A DNA stretch of 64,000 nt from Christensenella sp. UBA3217 (GCA_002363545.1 DEWF01000010.1:80412-144411); one strand, 5' to 3'. Shown: positions 16,313 through 26,092, counted from the stretch's first letter. The notes: a model not told the origin generated them from the sequence alone. Made by a program: numbers and translations.

Positions 16313-17758
16313 ATGGAAAAGTTTGACGTAGTGGTGATCGGCGGCGGCGTGGTGGGCACGGCGGTGCTTCGCAGCCTTTCCGCTTATAATGCAAAGATCT
16401 TGCTTTTGGAAAAATCGAGCGACGTTGCTTCGGGCGCCAGCAGGGCAAACAGCGGCATCGTTCATGCCGGCTACGATGCGGAGCCCGGCACCAAGAAAGC
16501 CTATTTTAACGTGAAAGGCGCGGCAATGTTCCCTGCCTTAACAAAAGCGCTCGGCGTACCTTACCGCATGGTTGGGTCTTTGGTGGCGGCAAAAGAGGGC
16601 GGGCTTCCCGCTCTGCAAGAGCTCAAGGCGCGCGGCGATGCCAACGGCGTTAAAACCGAGATCATCTCCCGTGAGGAGATCTTGCGTTTGGAGCCAAATA
16701 TCGGCCCCGAGATCACGTATGCGCTGTATGCTCCCGAGGCAGGTGTGGTTTCCCCCTATAAACTCACCATTGCACAGGCGGATCAAGCGGTGGTAAACGG
16801 CGCAACGATCCGTTTGGAAGAAAAGGTGGTCGCTCTGCAAAAAAGCAAAGACGGCTTTATTTTGCGCACCGAAAAAGGGGAATATACCGCCTCTTACGTG
16901 ATCAACGCGGCGGGCGCGGGCGCTTCCGAAGTGAACGCCTTGATCGGAGAATACGCCCCGATGGAAACGCACGGCGTTGGCGATTATTTTATTTTGGACA
17001 GCAAAGAAGCGGGTGTGGTGAACACGGTGGTGTTCCCTCTGCCCGATGAAAAAGGCAAAGGTATTTTGGTGGGGCCCACCGCGGACGGAAACGTGATCCT
17101 CGGACCAACTTCGCGCAAAGTGCCGCATGAAAGGGCGGAAGAGAACGAAGTGACGCGAGAGGGGCTGGATCTTGTGCGAGAGGGAGTAAAACGTTTGATC
17201 CCCGCGGTGAACCTTCGCAGCGTTATACGCGTATATGCGGGCACGCGCACCGCGGTCGGGAGCGATTTTATCATTGAACAGTCCGCTCGTTTCCCGCATT
17301 ACTTTATGCTTCTCGGCATTTGTTCGCCGGGGCTTACTTCGGCGCCCGCCATCGGAGAGTACGTGGCAGCGGCGGCGGCAGAGGCGCTTGGCCTCACCAA
17401 AAAGAAAGAGTTTTTGCCTCTTCCCGCTCGTTTCCACTTAAACAAATCGAGTGATGAGGAAATAAAGCAAAAAGTGGCTGAGGATCCCGCATATGGCAGG
17501 ATCGTTTGCCGCTGTGAAAAGGTGACGGAAGGAGAGATCTTGGATGCGATACGGTCCCCGCTTCCCGCTCATACCGTGGATGCGATAAAGCGCAGAGTGC
17601 GCGCGGGTATGGGACGTTGTCAGGGCGGTTTTTGCCGTCCGCGCGTGATGGAGATCTTATCCCGTGAGTTAAACGTTCCCCTCTCTTCGGTCAGAATGGG
17701 GGATAAGGGAAGCGAGATTGCACCTTACGAGGTAAAAGAGGGCTATGAAAAAGTTTGA
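16313..17758 (+). CDS. FAD-dependent oxidoreductase, GlpA-like, with a BFD-like [2Fe-2S] domain
   Basis: FDVVVIGGGVVGTAV dinucleotide fold. C-terminal CRCEKVTEGEILDAI...RAGMGRCQGGFC. Confidence 0.8.
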   Translation: MEKFDVVVIGGGVVGTAVLRSLSAYNAKILLLEKSSDVASGASRANSGIVHAGYDAEPGTKKAYFNVKGAAMFPALTKALGVPYRMVGSLVAAKEGGLPALQELKARGDANGVKTEIISREEILRLEPNIGPEITYALYAPEAGVVSPYKLTIAQADQAVVNGATIRLEEKVVALQKSKDGFILRTEKGEYTASYVINAAGAGASEVNALIGEYAPMETHGVGDYFILDSKEAGVVNTVVFPLPDEKGKGILVGPTADGNVILGPTSRKVPHERAEENEVTREGLDLVREGVKRLIPAVNLRSVIRVYAGTRTAVGSDFIIEQSARFPHYFMLLGICSPGLTSAPAIGEYVAAAAAEALGLTKKKEFLPLPARFHLNKSSDEEIKQKVAEDPAYGRIVCRCEKVTEGEILDAIRSPLPAHTVDAIKRRVRAGMGRCQGGFCRPRVMEILSRELNVPLSSVRMGDKGSEIAPYEVKEGYEKV

Positions 17759-18980
17759 CGTGGTGGTGATCGGCGGCGGGCCCGCGGGAATGGCGGCGGC
17801 ACTCGGCGCAAGAGAAAAAGGCGCAACGGTAGCGATCTTAGAGCGCGACACCCGCTTGGGCGGCATTCTCAATCAATGTATTCACAACGGCTTCGGCTTG
17901 CATTATTTCGGGGAGGAGTTGACCGGCCCCGAATATGCCAAGCGCTTCCGTGATAAGGTTCTTGCGGATAGTGGCATCACCGTGTATTTGGAAGCGATGG
18001 TGCTTTCCTTTAACGAGCAAAAGGTGGTTCGCGCGCTTTCTCCTACGGAGGGTCTTTTGGAGATCCAGGCGGGAGCCATCTGCCTTGCCATGGGTTGTCG
18101 TGAGCGTAGCGCGGGTGCAATAGGACTCTTGGGCACCCGTCCTGCCGGCATTTACACGGCGGGTATGGCGCAAAGGCTTTCCAATATTGACGGATATCTC
18201 GTTGGCAAAGAGGTGGTGATCCTCGGCAGCGGTGATATCGGGCTCATTATGGCTCGCCGCATGACCAGCGAAGGAGCGAAAGTAAAACTCGTGGCGGAGA
18301 TCATGCCGTTCAGCAGCGGGTTGAAACGCAATATCGTGCAATGCCTGAACGATTATAACATTCCCCTGCGTTATTCCACCACCGTCACCCGCGTGACGGG
18401 CAAACAGCGCCTCACGGGCGTTTACGTGGCTCCCGTGGATGAAAAAATGCAGCCCATTCTTGAAAAGGAAGAGTATATCCCCTGCGATACCCTGCTGCTT
18501 TCGGTGGGGCTCATTCCCGAAAACGACCTTTTAAGCGGCACAGGGGTGCAAATGGCGGCGGTCACTTCGGGCGCTATGGTGGATGAGTATCGCGCAACTT
18601 CCGTTCCCGGCGTGTTCTCTGCGGGAAACGTACTGCACGTGCACGATCTTGTGGATAACGTGAGTGAAGAGGCATTTGTGGCGGGACGCGCGGCGGCGGA
18701 CTTTGCAAAGGGCGTGCTTCCCTGCGGTGATACGGTAGCCGTTATTCCTTCCGATGGCGTGCGCTATGCTCTTCCGCAAAGGGTGCACCCGGGCGAAGGA
18801 AAAGTGAAACTGTATTTCCGCGTGGATAAAGTGTATAAAGGCAGAACGGTGGTGGTCACGAGTGGCGGCAAGGAGATCAAGCGCAAGAAACCCCTCGTGA
18901 TGGCGCCGGGCGAAATGCAAAATATAGAGATCGAAAAGAGCCTCATAACGGGGGAGATCAAGATCTATACGGAGGAATGA
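17745..18980 (+). CDS. NAD(P)/FAD-dependent pyridine-nucleotide-disulfide-type oxidoreductase (partner of the GlpA-like protein)
   Basis: FDVVVIGGGPAGMAAA and a second GSGDIGLIMA fold. Overlaps the upstream gene by 14 nt. Confidence 0.8.
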   Translation: MKKFDVVVIGGGPAGMAAALGAREKGATVAILERDTRLGGILNQCIHNGFGLHYFGEELTGPEYAKRFRDKVLADSGITVYLEAMVLSFNEQKVVRALSPTEGLLEIQAGAICLAMGCRERSAGAIGLLGTRPAGIYTAGMAQRLSNIDGYLVGKEVVILGSGDIGLIMARRMTSEGAKVKLVAEIMPFSSGLKRNIVQCLNDYNIPLRYSTTVTRVTGKQRLTGVYVAPVDEKMQPILEKEEYIPCDTLLLSVGLIPENDLLSGTGVQMAAVTSGAMVDEYRATSVPGVFSAGNVLHVHDLVDNVSEEAFVAGRAAADFAKGVLPCGDTVAVIPSDGVRYALPQRVHPGEGKVKLYFRVDKVYKGRTVVVTSGGKEIKRKKPLVMAPGEMQNIEIEKSLITGEIKIYTEE

Positions 18981-19324
18981 TGAACACCACTTGTATCATG
19001 TGTCCCATGGGTTGTTCGCTCACGGTTGAAGAAGAGGGAAAAGAGATCGTCGTAAAAGGCAACGGCTGTCCGCGCGGTGAAAAGTACGGCAGGGCGGAGT
19101 ATTCTCATCCCGAGCGCGTGGTCACCACCCTTTTGAAGAAAGAGAAAGGCGGGGTGGTAAGCGTTAAGACCGATCGCCCCATTCCCAAGGATAAAATAGC
19201 GGACCTATTGCTGTGGGCGGCGGCGTTTCGCGTGCAAGGACAGTATAAAACGGGTGACGTTTTGGCTGTAAACCCTGTCGATTGCGGCGCGAATATCCTT
19301 GCCACCGCAGATGAGGAAGAATAA
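18977..19324 (+). CDS. DUF1667 domain protein
   Basis: CIMCPMGCSLTVEEEGKEIVVKGNGCPRGEKY is a typical DUF1667 N-terminus. It is the third gene of the conserved trio. Confidence 0.75.
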   Translation: MMNTTCIMCPMGCSLTVEEEGKEIVVKGNGCPRGEKYGRAEYSHPERVVTTLLKKEKGGVVSVKTDRPIPKDKIADLLLWAAAFRVQGQYKTGDVLAVNPVDCGANILATADEEE

Positions 19325-20259
19325 TGCTTTATTATGAGTTGAAGGCGCAAATAGCGCGGGGGGATATTGCCCCGCTGTACCGCATAGACGGGGAGGATAA
19401 GTATTGGTCCGAGCTTGCCTATAAGGATCTTTTGGCGCTTTCTTCCGAGTTGGATACCGAGGTGCTTTCGGACGATCGTTCGGTGGAGGACGCGATCTTC
19501 GGCGTGCAAAACTTCCCGATGATGTCAGACCGAAAGATCGTGGTGATACGCGACCGCAAGCTCAAAGATGCGGACGTGAAACTGCTGGAAAAATATTTGC
19601 AGGAACCCTCTCCCACGGGGGTGATCGTTGTTTATAACTGCGAGGGTAAGATCAAAGGAGAGCGGGATTTTACCTTTGACGTGTTGCCCGAAAACGAGCT
19701 CATTCCTTACGTGGTGCGTCTTACGGAAGAAATGGGTGGGAGCATCACGCAGGGTGCGGCAAAAAAACTCGTGAATTATACCGAGCAAAGCATGACCCGC
19801 ATTAAAAACGAACTGTTAAAACTCACGGCAATGGGGGAGATCACCGAGCAAACGGTGCAATCTTTCGTGGAGCCGAGTTATTCGTATAAAATATACGATT
19901 TTACCGATCAGATCGCACGAGGCAGCTATAAAGGAGCTTACGAGGTTTTGTCCTCTCTTGCGCGAAACGCAAGCGAGTATTCCCCTTTCTTTACCAGGCT
20001 CACCGACCATATTCGCTTGATGCTACATACAAAATTGGCAAAAAACGTGCCGGATGCCGAGCTTGCCAAAGCGCTTGGGGTTTCACCTTATCCCTTGACC
20101 AAGGCAAAAAGGTCGGCGGCAAATTATACTTCCAAACAACTGTTGACCATACTTATGAATATGTATCGTTTGGAACAAGACTATAAATCGGGAAACATCG
20201 GCGTGGAAAACGCCATGGATTTGGCGATCGCAGAAGCGATCGAAGCGAGGCGTAAATGA
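19324..20259 (+). CDS. holA: DNA polymerase III delta subunit
   Basis: 311 aa. N-terminus LYRIDGEDKYW... and the AAA+-lid-like layout are typical of HolA. Weak sequence family, so the call rests on size and pattern. Confidence 0.65.
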   Translation: MLYYELKAQIARGDIAPLYRIDGEDKYWSELAYKDLLALSSELDTEVLSDDRSVEDAIFGVQNFPMMSDRKIVVIRDRKLKDADVKLLEKYLQEPSPTGVIVVYNCEGKIKGERDFTFDVLPENELIPYVVRLTEEMGGSITQGAAKKLVNYTEQSMTRIKNELLKLTAMGEITEQTVQSFVEPSYSYKIYDFTDQIARGSYKGAYEVLSSLARNASEYSPFFTRLTDHIRLMLHTKLAKNVPDAELAKALGVSPYPLTKAKRSAANYTSKQLLTILMNMYRLEQDYKSGNIGVENAMDLAIAEAIEARRK

Positions 20260-20810
20260 TATCCTTTTTAAGAAGAAGAAAAAAGATCCTCATGTACGCG
20301 CTTTTGGGAGTGGCGGCTACCTTTTCCGTACTGAAAGAGGTAATGATGATCGTGGGCACTTTTGCTTACACCGCCGGTCTCCCGTACGGTGCGTTCTTGG
20401 GAATATCCCTGTTCTTTATGGTGGTTTCTTTTGCGGCATTGGCAAAACTCATCATCTTTTTGGCGTTCCGCATCAACGGCAGGATCTTCGTTCGGAACAG
20501 CGGGTTGCTTTATCCCTTCCCCATTGGGTATAGGGATTATGAATCCATCGCGCTTGCCTTCTCTTTCCTTTGTTTCTTGCTTTCGGGATTGCTGGCGCTT
20601 CCCTCCTTGTTCTTACCATCCTTTGGGGATATTACCGATGCGATCATTTTGCTCGTTCGGTATTCCTTCTTGGCGGTGCACGTTTCTTATCTTTTGAAAA
20701 ATTACGCGCACGATTACGATAAAAAGGCGTTTTCCTTCTCCTTATCCATCGTGCCCATCGTGATTATGTCGTTCAGGCTGATCATGACTGTCGTGGGGGT
20801 GCTGTTATGA
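20256..20810 (+). CDS. Polytopic membrane protein (hypothetical)
   Basis: 184 aa with 5-6 hydrophobic helices. Overlaps the holA stop and the next gene start. Confidence 0.5.
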   Translation: MISFLRRRKKILMYALLGVAATFSVLKEVMMIVGTFAYTAGLPYGAFLGISLFFMVVSFAALAKLIIFLAFRINGRIFVRNSGLLYPFPIGYRDYESIALAFSFLCFLLSGLLALPSLFLPSFGDITDAIILLVRYSFLAVHVSYLLKNYAHDYDKKAFSFSLSIVPIVIMSFRLIMTVVGVLL

Positions 20811-22063
20811 AGAAATGCTTGTGGTTGATTTTGTTATTTTCTTTGATGCTCTCCCTCTTTTGTATGGGAGGTTCGGCGGTTGCAGAGGCGCCCTCTCCTT
20901 ATGAATTGGCGCAAGCGTATTTATCCGCTCACCCCGCAAGAAGCGTTTTGAGTGGGGGTGAACTTGCATCAAGCGTTTATCTTAAAGACGCTCTTGACGG
21001 ATACGGATATACCACCAAAACCGTTTCGCTCGATTATTACGATGGGGAAAACCACCATCTTTCCGCTCACGTGATCGGTGAAAAGGATAATCATAAGAGC
21101 CAAACCATCTTGATCGGGTGCTATTACGGCGGCTACGAGGGAGAAAACGTGGGGCATGGCGCCACGGCGGGTCTTTCGGTGGGTGCGCTTTTGTATATTG
21201 CCAACGCGCTTTCCGATTATACCGCAAATTATAATATCACCATTGCCTTTTGGGGTGGCATGGAGTATGGGGATTCCTTCCACGTGGATAGATGCGGCGT
21301 GGCGTTAAAAAGCATTGCCTTGTATATCAACTTGGACTCCCTGGCTGCGGGTAAATATGATTACCTTTACGCGGATGACGTGCCGCGTTCGCAGGAAAAG
21401 TTTTTCCGTTCCGTCATTTCCGATTTCGGCGCAAACGTGTGCAGCGCGCCCGTATTCAAAAAGCCCACTTCCTTCGGGAACGGCGGGGACGCTTACGCCT
21501 ATCCCCACCTCGGCATTCTCGGCGCCAATCGCTTCTTCTTGGAAGAAGGGATCCCTTGCGTGAACTTTTTAAGCGGTGCTTGGTCTTACGATTGCGGCTT
21601 GTATCGCTATGAAGAGCGCAGAGATATTGAAGGTACCACGGCGGATACTCTTGCGGAGATCGATCGCTTGAACGGTGGTTCCGTTAATACCCAAAAGCGC
21701 TTGCTTTCTTTGTCAAACGTGATCATCGCGGGCGTTAAGAGTGAAAAACTTCCCGCCGCGCTTTCTTCCGCCGCAAAGGAAACCACGGGGGCGGACTTAA
21801 ACAATCGTTTGGCGGTGTATCTGATTACCTTTATCGGCGGGGCTATCCTGTTGGGCGTGTTCCTGTTTTTCATTCTTCGCAACAGAGGGAGTAGAACGGA
21901 AAGTGAATGGACGCAACCCGGACCGAAAGATCGTGACCAAGATCCTTATGAAGAAATGCGCTCCGATCCCTTTATGCAAGGGCCTTTCGGCATGGGAAGA
22001 GAGGAGCCGAATGAGAAAGAGGAAAGGAAAACGAACGGCGAAGACGATGTTTTCCGTTTCTGA
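20807..22063 (+). CDS. Secreted, membrane-anchored M28-peptidase-like protein, probably degenerate
   Basis: Signal peptide, M28-like blocks (ILIGCYYGGY, GATAGLSVGALLYIANAL, TIAFWGGMEYG, YINLDSLAAG), a C-terminal TM helix and an acidic tail. Confidence 0.5.
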   Translation: MKKCLWLILLFSLMLSLFCMGGSAVAEAPSPYELAQAYLSAHPARSVLSGGELASSVYLKDALDGYGYTTKTVSLDYYDGENHHLSAHVIGEKDNHKSQTILIGCYYGGYEGENVGHGATAGLSVGALLYIANALSDYTANYNITIAFWGGMEYGDSFHVDRCGVALKSIALYINLDSLAAGKYDYLYADDVPRSQEKFFRSVISDFGANVCSAPVFKKPTSFGNGGDAYAYPHLGILGANRFFLEEGIPCVNFLSGAWSYDCGLYRYEERRDIEGTTADTLAEIDRLNGGSVNTQKRLLSLSNVIIAGVKSEKLPAALSSAAKETTGADLNNRLAVYLITFIGGAILLGVFLFFILRNRGSRTESEWTQPGPKDRDQDPYEEMRSDPFMQGPFGMGREEPNEKEERKTNGEDDVFRF

Positions 22064-22148
22064 GCCTTTAACGGAAGGGAAAGTAATACGTTTTGCTTTC
22101 CTTTTCACGCGCAGTATATTATACTTGTAGTTTGTAAGAGGTGTGATT

Positions 22149-23003
22149 ATGGAAATTTTGATGGATTATTTTAAGAACCTCGGGTGGCTTTCCATCGTGG
22201 ACGCGGTGGTGCTCGTCATCTTTTTGACGGCGATCATGGTGTTCTTCTTCCGCAAGAAGAACTATCGCACGGGTTTGTTTTTCGTTTTGTACACTGTGCT
22301 CTTTGTCGGTTTGGACGTTTGTATTGCCTTCTTCTCCATCAAATCCATCTTTTTTGCAAGGGAGATCATGCGTTTCCTCGGTATCATCTTCATCGTGGCA
22401 AGCGCGGTGGTGTATCAATCCGACCTCAAACTGCTCTTTGCCAAATTCGGCGGACGAGCGGAGGAAAACGTGTATGCCAAATTACATAACTCCCGCAACG
22501 AGGATGACCTTCGTTATGCTTCGGGGGAGATCGTAAAAGCCTGTCAAAACCTTTCCAAAAACAATATCGGCGCCTTGATCGTGGTTTGTCCCACCATCAT
22601 TTCTTCCAATATGTTGGATACCGGTATTCGTTTGAACGGCGTTCTTTCCGCTCCTTTATTGGAAAGCATTTTTAACCCGCATGCGCCCCTTCATGACGGT
22701 GCGGTCATCATCAAAAACAACATGGTCTTGGCGGCAGGGTGCTTCCTGCCTCTCTCACAAAACCCCGCCATCAGTAAGGACCTTGGCACTCGTCACCGCG
22801 CCGCGATCGGCATCACCGAAGAAACCGACGTGTTGACCATCGTAGTGAGTGAAGAGACCGGTATCATCAGTTTGGTGCAAAACGGAGATATCAAGCGTTA
22901 TATCACCGGTGAAAAGTTGATGGACGCTTTGGATACCGCTTTCGGCATCACCGATCTCAGCCGCAGAAATTCCAGACAATTTGGGAGGAACAGCAGAAGA
23001 TAA
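22149..23003 (+). CDS. cdaA: Diadenylate cyclase CdaA
   Basis: Three N-terminal TM helices and a DAC domain (GALIVV, PLHDGAVII, LGTRHRAAIGITEETDVLTIVVSEETG). ATG after an AGAGGTG RBS. Confidence 0.92.
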   Translation: MEILMDYFKNLGWLSIVDAVVLVIFLTAIMVFFFRKKNYRTGLFFVLYTVLFVGLDVCIAFFSIKSIFFAREIMRFLGIIFIVASAVVYQSDLKLLFAKFGGRAEENVYAKLHNSRNEDDLRYASGEIVKACQNLSKNNIGALIVVCPTIISSNMLDTGIRLNGVLSAPLLESIFNPHAPLHDGAVIIKNNMVLAAGCFLPLSQNPAISKDLGTRHRAAIGITEETDVLTIVVSEETGIISLVQNGDIKRYITGEKLMDALDTAFGITDLSRRNSRQFGRNSRR

Positions 23004-24226
23004 TGAAGGACATCGTGAAGATCCCGCGCGTGCTCTTACCGAAAGAAAACGTGGATATCAAAAAATGGGCGGTCATCGCCTGTGATCAATTCACCTCGCA
23101 AGGGCTGTATTGGCAACAATTGAAAGATTACTGCGGAGAAGTTTCCGCGCTCAATATCATTTTCCCCGAGTATTATTTGGAAAAAGGGGATATGGAAACG
23201 CGTATCGCAAGCATCAATTCCTATATGAACAAGTATCTTGCGGGAGATATTTTCCGTGAGATAGAGGGTGTGATCCTAACAGAAAGGACAACCTCTTACG
23301 GTCACAAGCGCACCGGTCTTATCCTTGCTTTTGACCTTGAAAAATATGATTTTACCACCGGCACTCTTCCCATTCGCGCAACCGAAGCCACGGTGAAAGA
23401 GCGTCTTCCCGTTCGTTTGAAGATCCGCGAACACGCGCCGTTGGAGCTCCCGCACGTGCTTTTGTTAATAGACGATGAGCAAAAGACCGTTATCGAACCC
23501 GTCGCGGCAAAGGTGACGGATAAAGACCTTCTTTATTCTTGCGATCTTAATATGAACGGTGGCAGTATCAAGGGGTATTTGGTAAAAGAGCCCGAAAAGG
23601 TTTTAGAGGCGATAGAACGTTTGGACGATCCCGCTCGTATGCAGGCGCGTTATGGGAGCGAGAAACCTTTCCTTTTTGCGGTGGGGGACGGCAACCATTC
23701 CGTTGCCACGGCAAAACTGTTGTGGGATAGGATCAAACCCAACCTCTCCGAAGAAGAGCGCAAGACACATCCTGCGCGCTACGTACTGGCGGAGGTGGTC
23801 AACCTTTACGATGAGGACCTTCTCTTTGAAGCCATTCACCGCGTTGTGTTCGGTGTGGGGGAATCCTTTATTCAGGAAATGACTTCCGCCTTGTCCGGCG
23901 AGGGGCACATCTCCTTGCTGTATCGGGATAAAATGTACGGCGTTTCTGTGCCTAAGGTGGCTGCCGAAGCCGTTAAAGCGGTGCAGGAGTTTTTAGACGC
24001 GTATATCGCCACGCACGAGGGCGCGTCTGTGGATTATATCCACGGCGACTCCAACCTTGCCGAGGTGGCGGCAGCAAAGGATGGCGTGGCTATCTTTATG
24101 CCTGTCATGGAAAAGAAAGATCTTTTCCCTTACGTGGTAAAGCACGGTTCCTTGCCCAGAAAAACTTTCTCCATGGGGGAGGCTGAGGAGAAGAGGTATT
24201 ACTTGGAGGCTCGCAAAATCGTTTGA
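23003..24226 (+). CDS. DUF1015-like protein
   Basis: 407 aa. The WAVIACDQFTSQ and AVGDGNHSVATAK segments resemble the DUF1015 PPYD / ADGHHR blocks. Confidence 0.5.
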   Translation: MKDIVKIPRVLLPKENVDIKKWAVIACDQFTSQGLYWQQLKDYCGEVSALNIIFPEYYLEKGDMETRIASINSYMNKYLAGDIFREIEGVILTERTTSYGHKRTGLILAFDLEKYDFTTGTLPIRATEATVKERLPVRLKIREHAPLELPHVLLLIDDEQKTVIEPVAAKVTDKDLLYSCDLNMNGGSIKGYLVKEPEKVLEAIERLDDPARMQARYGSEKPFLFAVGDGNHSVATAKLLWDRIKPNLSEEERKTHPARYVLAEVVNLYDEDLLFEAIHRVVFGVGESFIQEMTSALSGEGHISLLYRDKMYGVSVPKVAAEAVKAVQEFLDAYIATHEGASVDYIHGDSNLAEVAAAKDGVAIFMPVMEKKDLFPYVVKHGSLPRKTFSMGEAEEKRYYLEARKIV

Positions 24227-24667
24227 GGGCATATCCATCGCGCAGCTCTGCGTTTCTGACTTCGTCAACGAATAGTCACGTACAAGGAGTACGCTCCTAT
24301 CCGTTGCCTTGTCGAGCCTTGATCTGCGCGCGTCTATGCCCTCAAACGGGTGGGCAGGATACGAGAATATGACAAAGCATCTCTGCGTTTCTGACTTCGT
24401 CAACGAATAGTCACGTACAAGGAGTACGCTCCTATCCGTTGCCTTGTCGAGCCTTGATCTGCGCGCGTCTATGCCCTCAAACGGGTGAGAGTGATAGCCC
24501 TATAAACTGCTTACCGTATATTAAACGGTTTGGGAGAGTGGTGGGTTTGGTATGAAAAAAGCAGCTCTGCGTTTCTGCCTTCGTCAACGAATAGTCACGT
24601 ACAAGGAGTACGCTCCTATCCGTTGCCTTGTCGAGCCTTGATCTGCGCGCGTCTATGCCCTCAAACG
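24220..24667. repeat. Three copies of a ~107-129 nt structured intergenic repeat
   Basis: Copies lie at 24220-24348, 24377-24483 and 24561-24667 and are nearly identical. Copy 1 is closed by a perfect 14-nt inverted repeat, CGTTTGAGGGCATA / TATGCCCTCAAACG. Confidence 0.9.
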
Positions 24668-24778
24668 GGGGCCGGAAGTAGAACCTTGAACCGTGTGCGG
24701 TTATGATAAATAGCGCAAGAGCACAACAAATAGAAAAACAAAAGCAAGCCACATAGTGGCTTTAATAAGGAGACAGAT

Positions 24779-26092
24779 ATGAAAGTTTGTAAATTCGGCG
24801 GCAGTAGCATGGCGTCGGGCGAAACCATCAAGAGAGTGGCATCCATCATCCGCGCCGATGCGGATAGAAAGTACATAGTGGTTTCCGCGCCGGGCAAACG
24901 CTTTGCAAAGGACATTAAGATCACCGACAGTTTGCTGAATGCATATGCCGAGAGCAGAAAGGGTACGCCCCTTAAATCTCTACTTGCACCCATACGCGAG
25001 CGTTTTGAAGGAATAGCCAAGGACCTCGGCGTGGAGGAAAAGATCAACCTTTCCGCCATCTTTACCGAGATAGAGCAAGGCATAGCAGCTTCCCCCATTC
25101 CCGATTTTGCGGCGGCGCAAGGGGAGCGTCTTTCCGCCATGATGCTTGCGGCGTATCTCGGCTTTGCATTTGTGGACGCGCGCGAGATCGTGCGTTTTGC
25201 GGATAACGGTCAATTCAACGCGGAATACACCAATGATATTGCTCGCAAATACCTTTCCAAAAAAGAGGGCGGCGTGGTGATCCCCGGCTTTTACGGCAGC
25301 ACTTCCGGCGGTCAGATCCGCACGTTCAGCCGTGGCGGCAGTGACGTCACCGGCGCCATTATTGCGCGTGCGGTCAAGGCGGATATTTACGAGAACTGGA
25401 CGGACGTGAACGGCTTTTTAACGGCGGACCCCCGCATTGTGGAAAATCCCAAACCCATCCCTGAGCTTTCTTACCGCGAATTGCGTGAGCTTTCCTATAT
25501 GGGTGCAAACGTGCTCCATCCCGAGAGTATTTTCCCCGTGCGCAAAGCCAATATCCCCATCAATATCAAAAACACCTTTGAACCCGAAAATCCCGGCACC
25601 ATGATCCTGCCCGGCGTGTTGCATCACGATCGTTTGATCACCGGTATTGCGGGCAAAAAAGGGTTTGTAAGCATCTTGATCGAAAAATCCATGATGAACA
25701 ACGAGATCGGCTTCACCAGAAAGTTGCTCTCCGTGCTGGAAAACCTGAACATGAGCTTTGAACATTTGCCCAGCGGTATTGATACCATGACCCTCATTTT
25801 GGCGGATACCGAAATAGGCGGCAAAATGCAAGAACTTGTGGGTGGCATCCGCGAGGCAGTCAGCCCCGATCGCGTGGAGATCCAGTCTGACCTTGCTTTG
25901 ATAGCTACCGTGGGTCACGGCATGGCGTATAAGCCGGGCACCGCTTCCCGCCTTTTCACCGCGCTTTCTCGCGTGGGCGTGAATATCAAGATGATCGACC
26001 AAGGTTCCAGCGAGCTTAATATCATCGTTGCGGTTTCGGGCGAAGATTACGAAAAAGCGATCAATGCGATTTACGAAGAATTTATCAATTGA
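24779..26092 (+). CDS. lysC: Aspartate kinase
   Basis: MKVCKFGGSSM start, GGSDVTGA, and C-terminal tandem ACT-like segments. AAGGAG RBS. Confidence 0.9.
   Translation: MKVCKFGGSSMASGETIKRVASIIRADADRKYIVVSAPGKRFAKDIKITDSLLNAYAESRKGTPLKSLLAPIRERFEGIAKDLGVEEKINLSAIFTEIEQGIAASPIPDFAAAQGERLSAMMLAAYLGFAFVDAREIVRFADNGQFNAEYTNDIARKYLSKKEGGVVIPGFYGSTSGGQIRTFSRGGSDVTGAIIARAVKADIYENWTDVNGFLTADPRIVENPKPIPELSYRELRELSYMGANVLHPESIFPVRKANIPINIKNTFEPENPGTMILPGVLHHDRLITGIAGKKGFVSILIEKSMMNNEIGFTRKLLSVLENLNMSFEHLPSGIDTMTLILADTEIGGKMQELVGGIREAVSPDRVEIQSDLALIATVGHGMAYKPGTASRLFTALSRVGVNIKMIDQGSSELNIIVAVSGEDYEKAINAIYEEFIN

Noticed and set aside
24220-24667. Possible CRISPR array (regularly repeated units upstream of lysC).
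   Set aside because: The units are about 107-129 nt, far longer than CRISPR repeats. The spacings are irregular (135 and 184 bp). The intervening segments are short and partly shared, and there are no cas genes in 64 kb.
24668-24778. Lysine riboswitch (L-box) expected upstream of lysC.
   Set aside because: I could not find the conserved L-box core (AGAGGCGC ... GGGG.A ... CCGCCGAAG type blocks) in the 550 nt upstream. A covariance-model scan would be needed to be sure.
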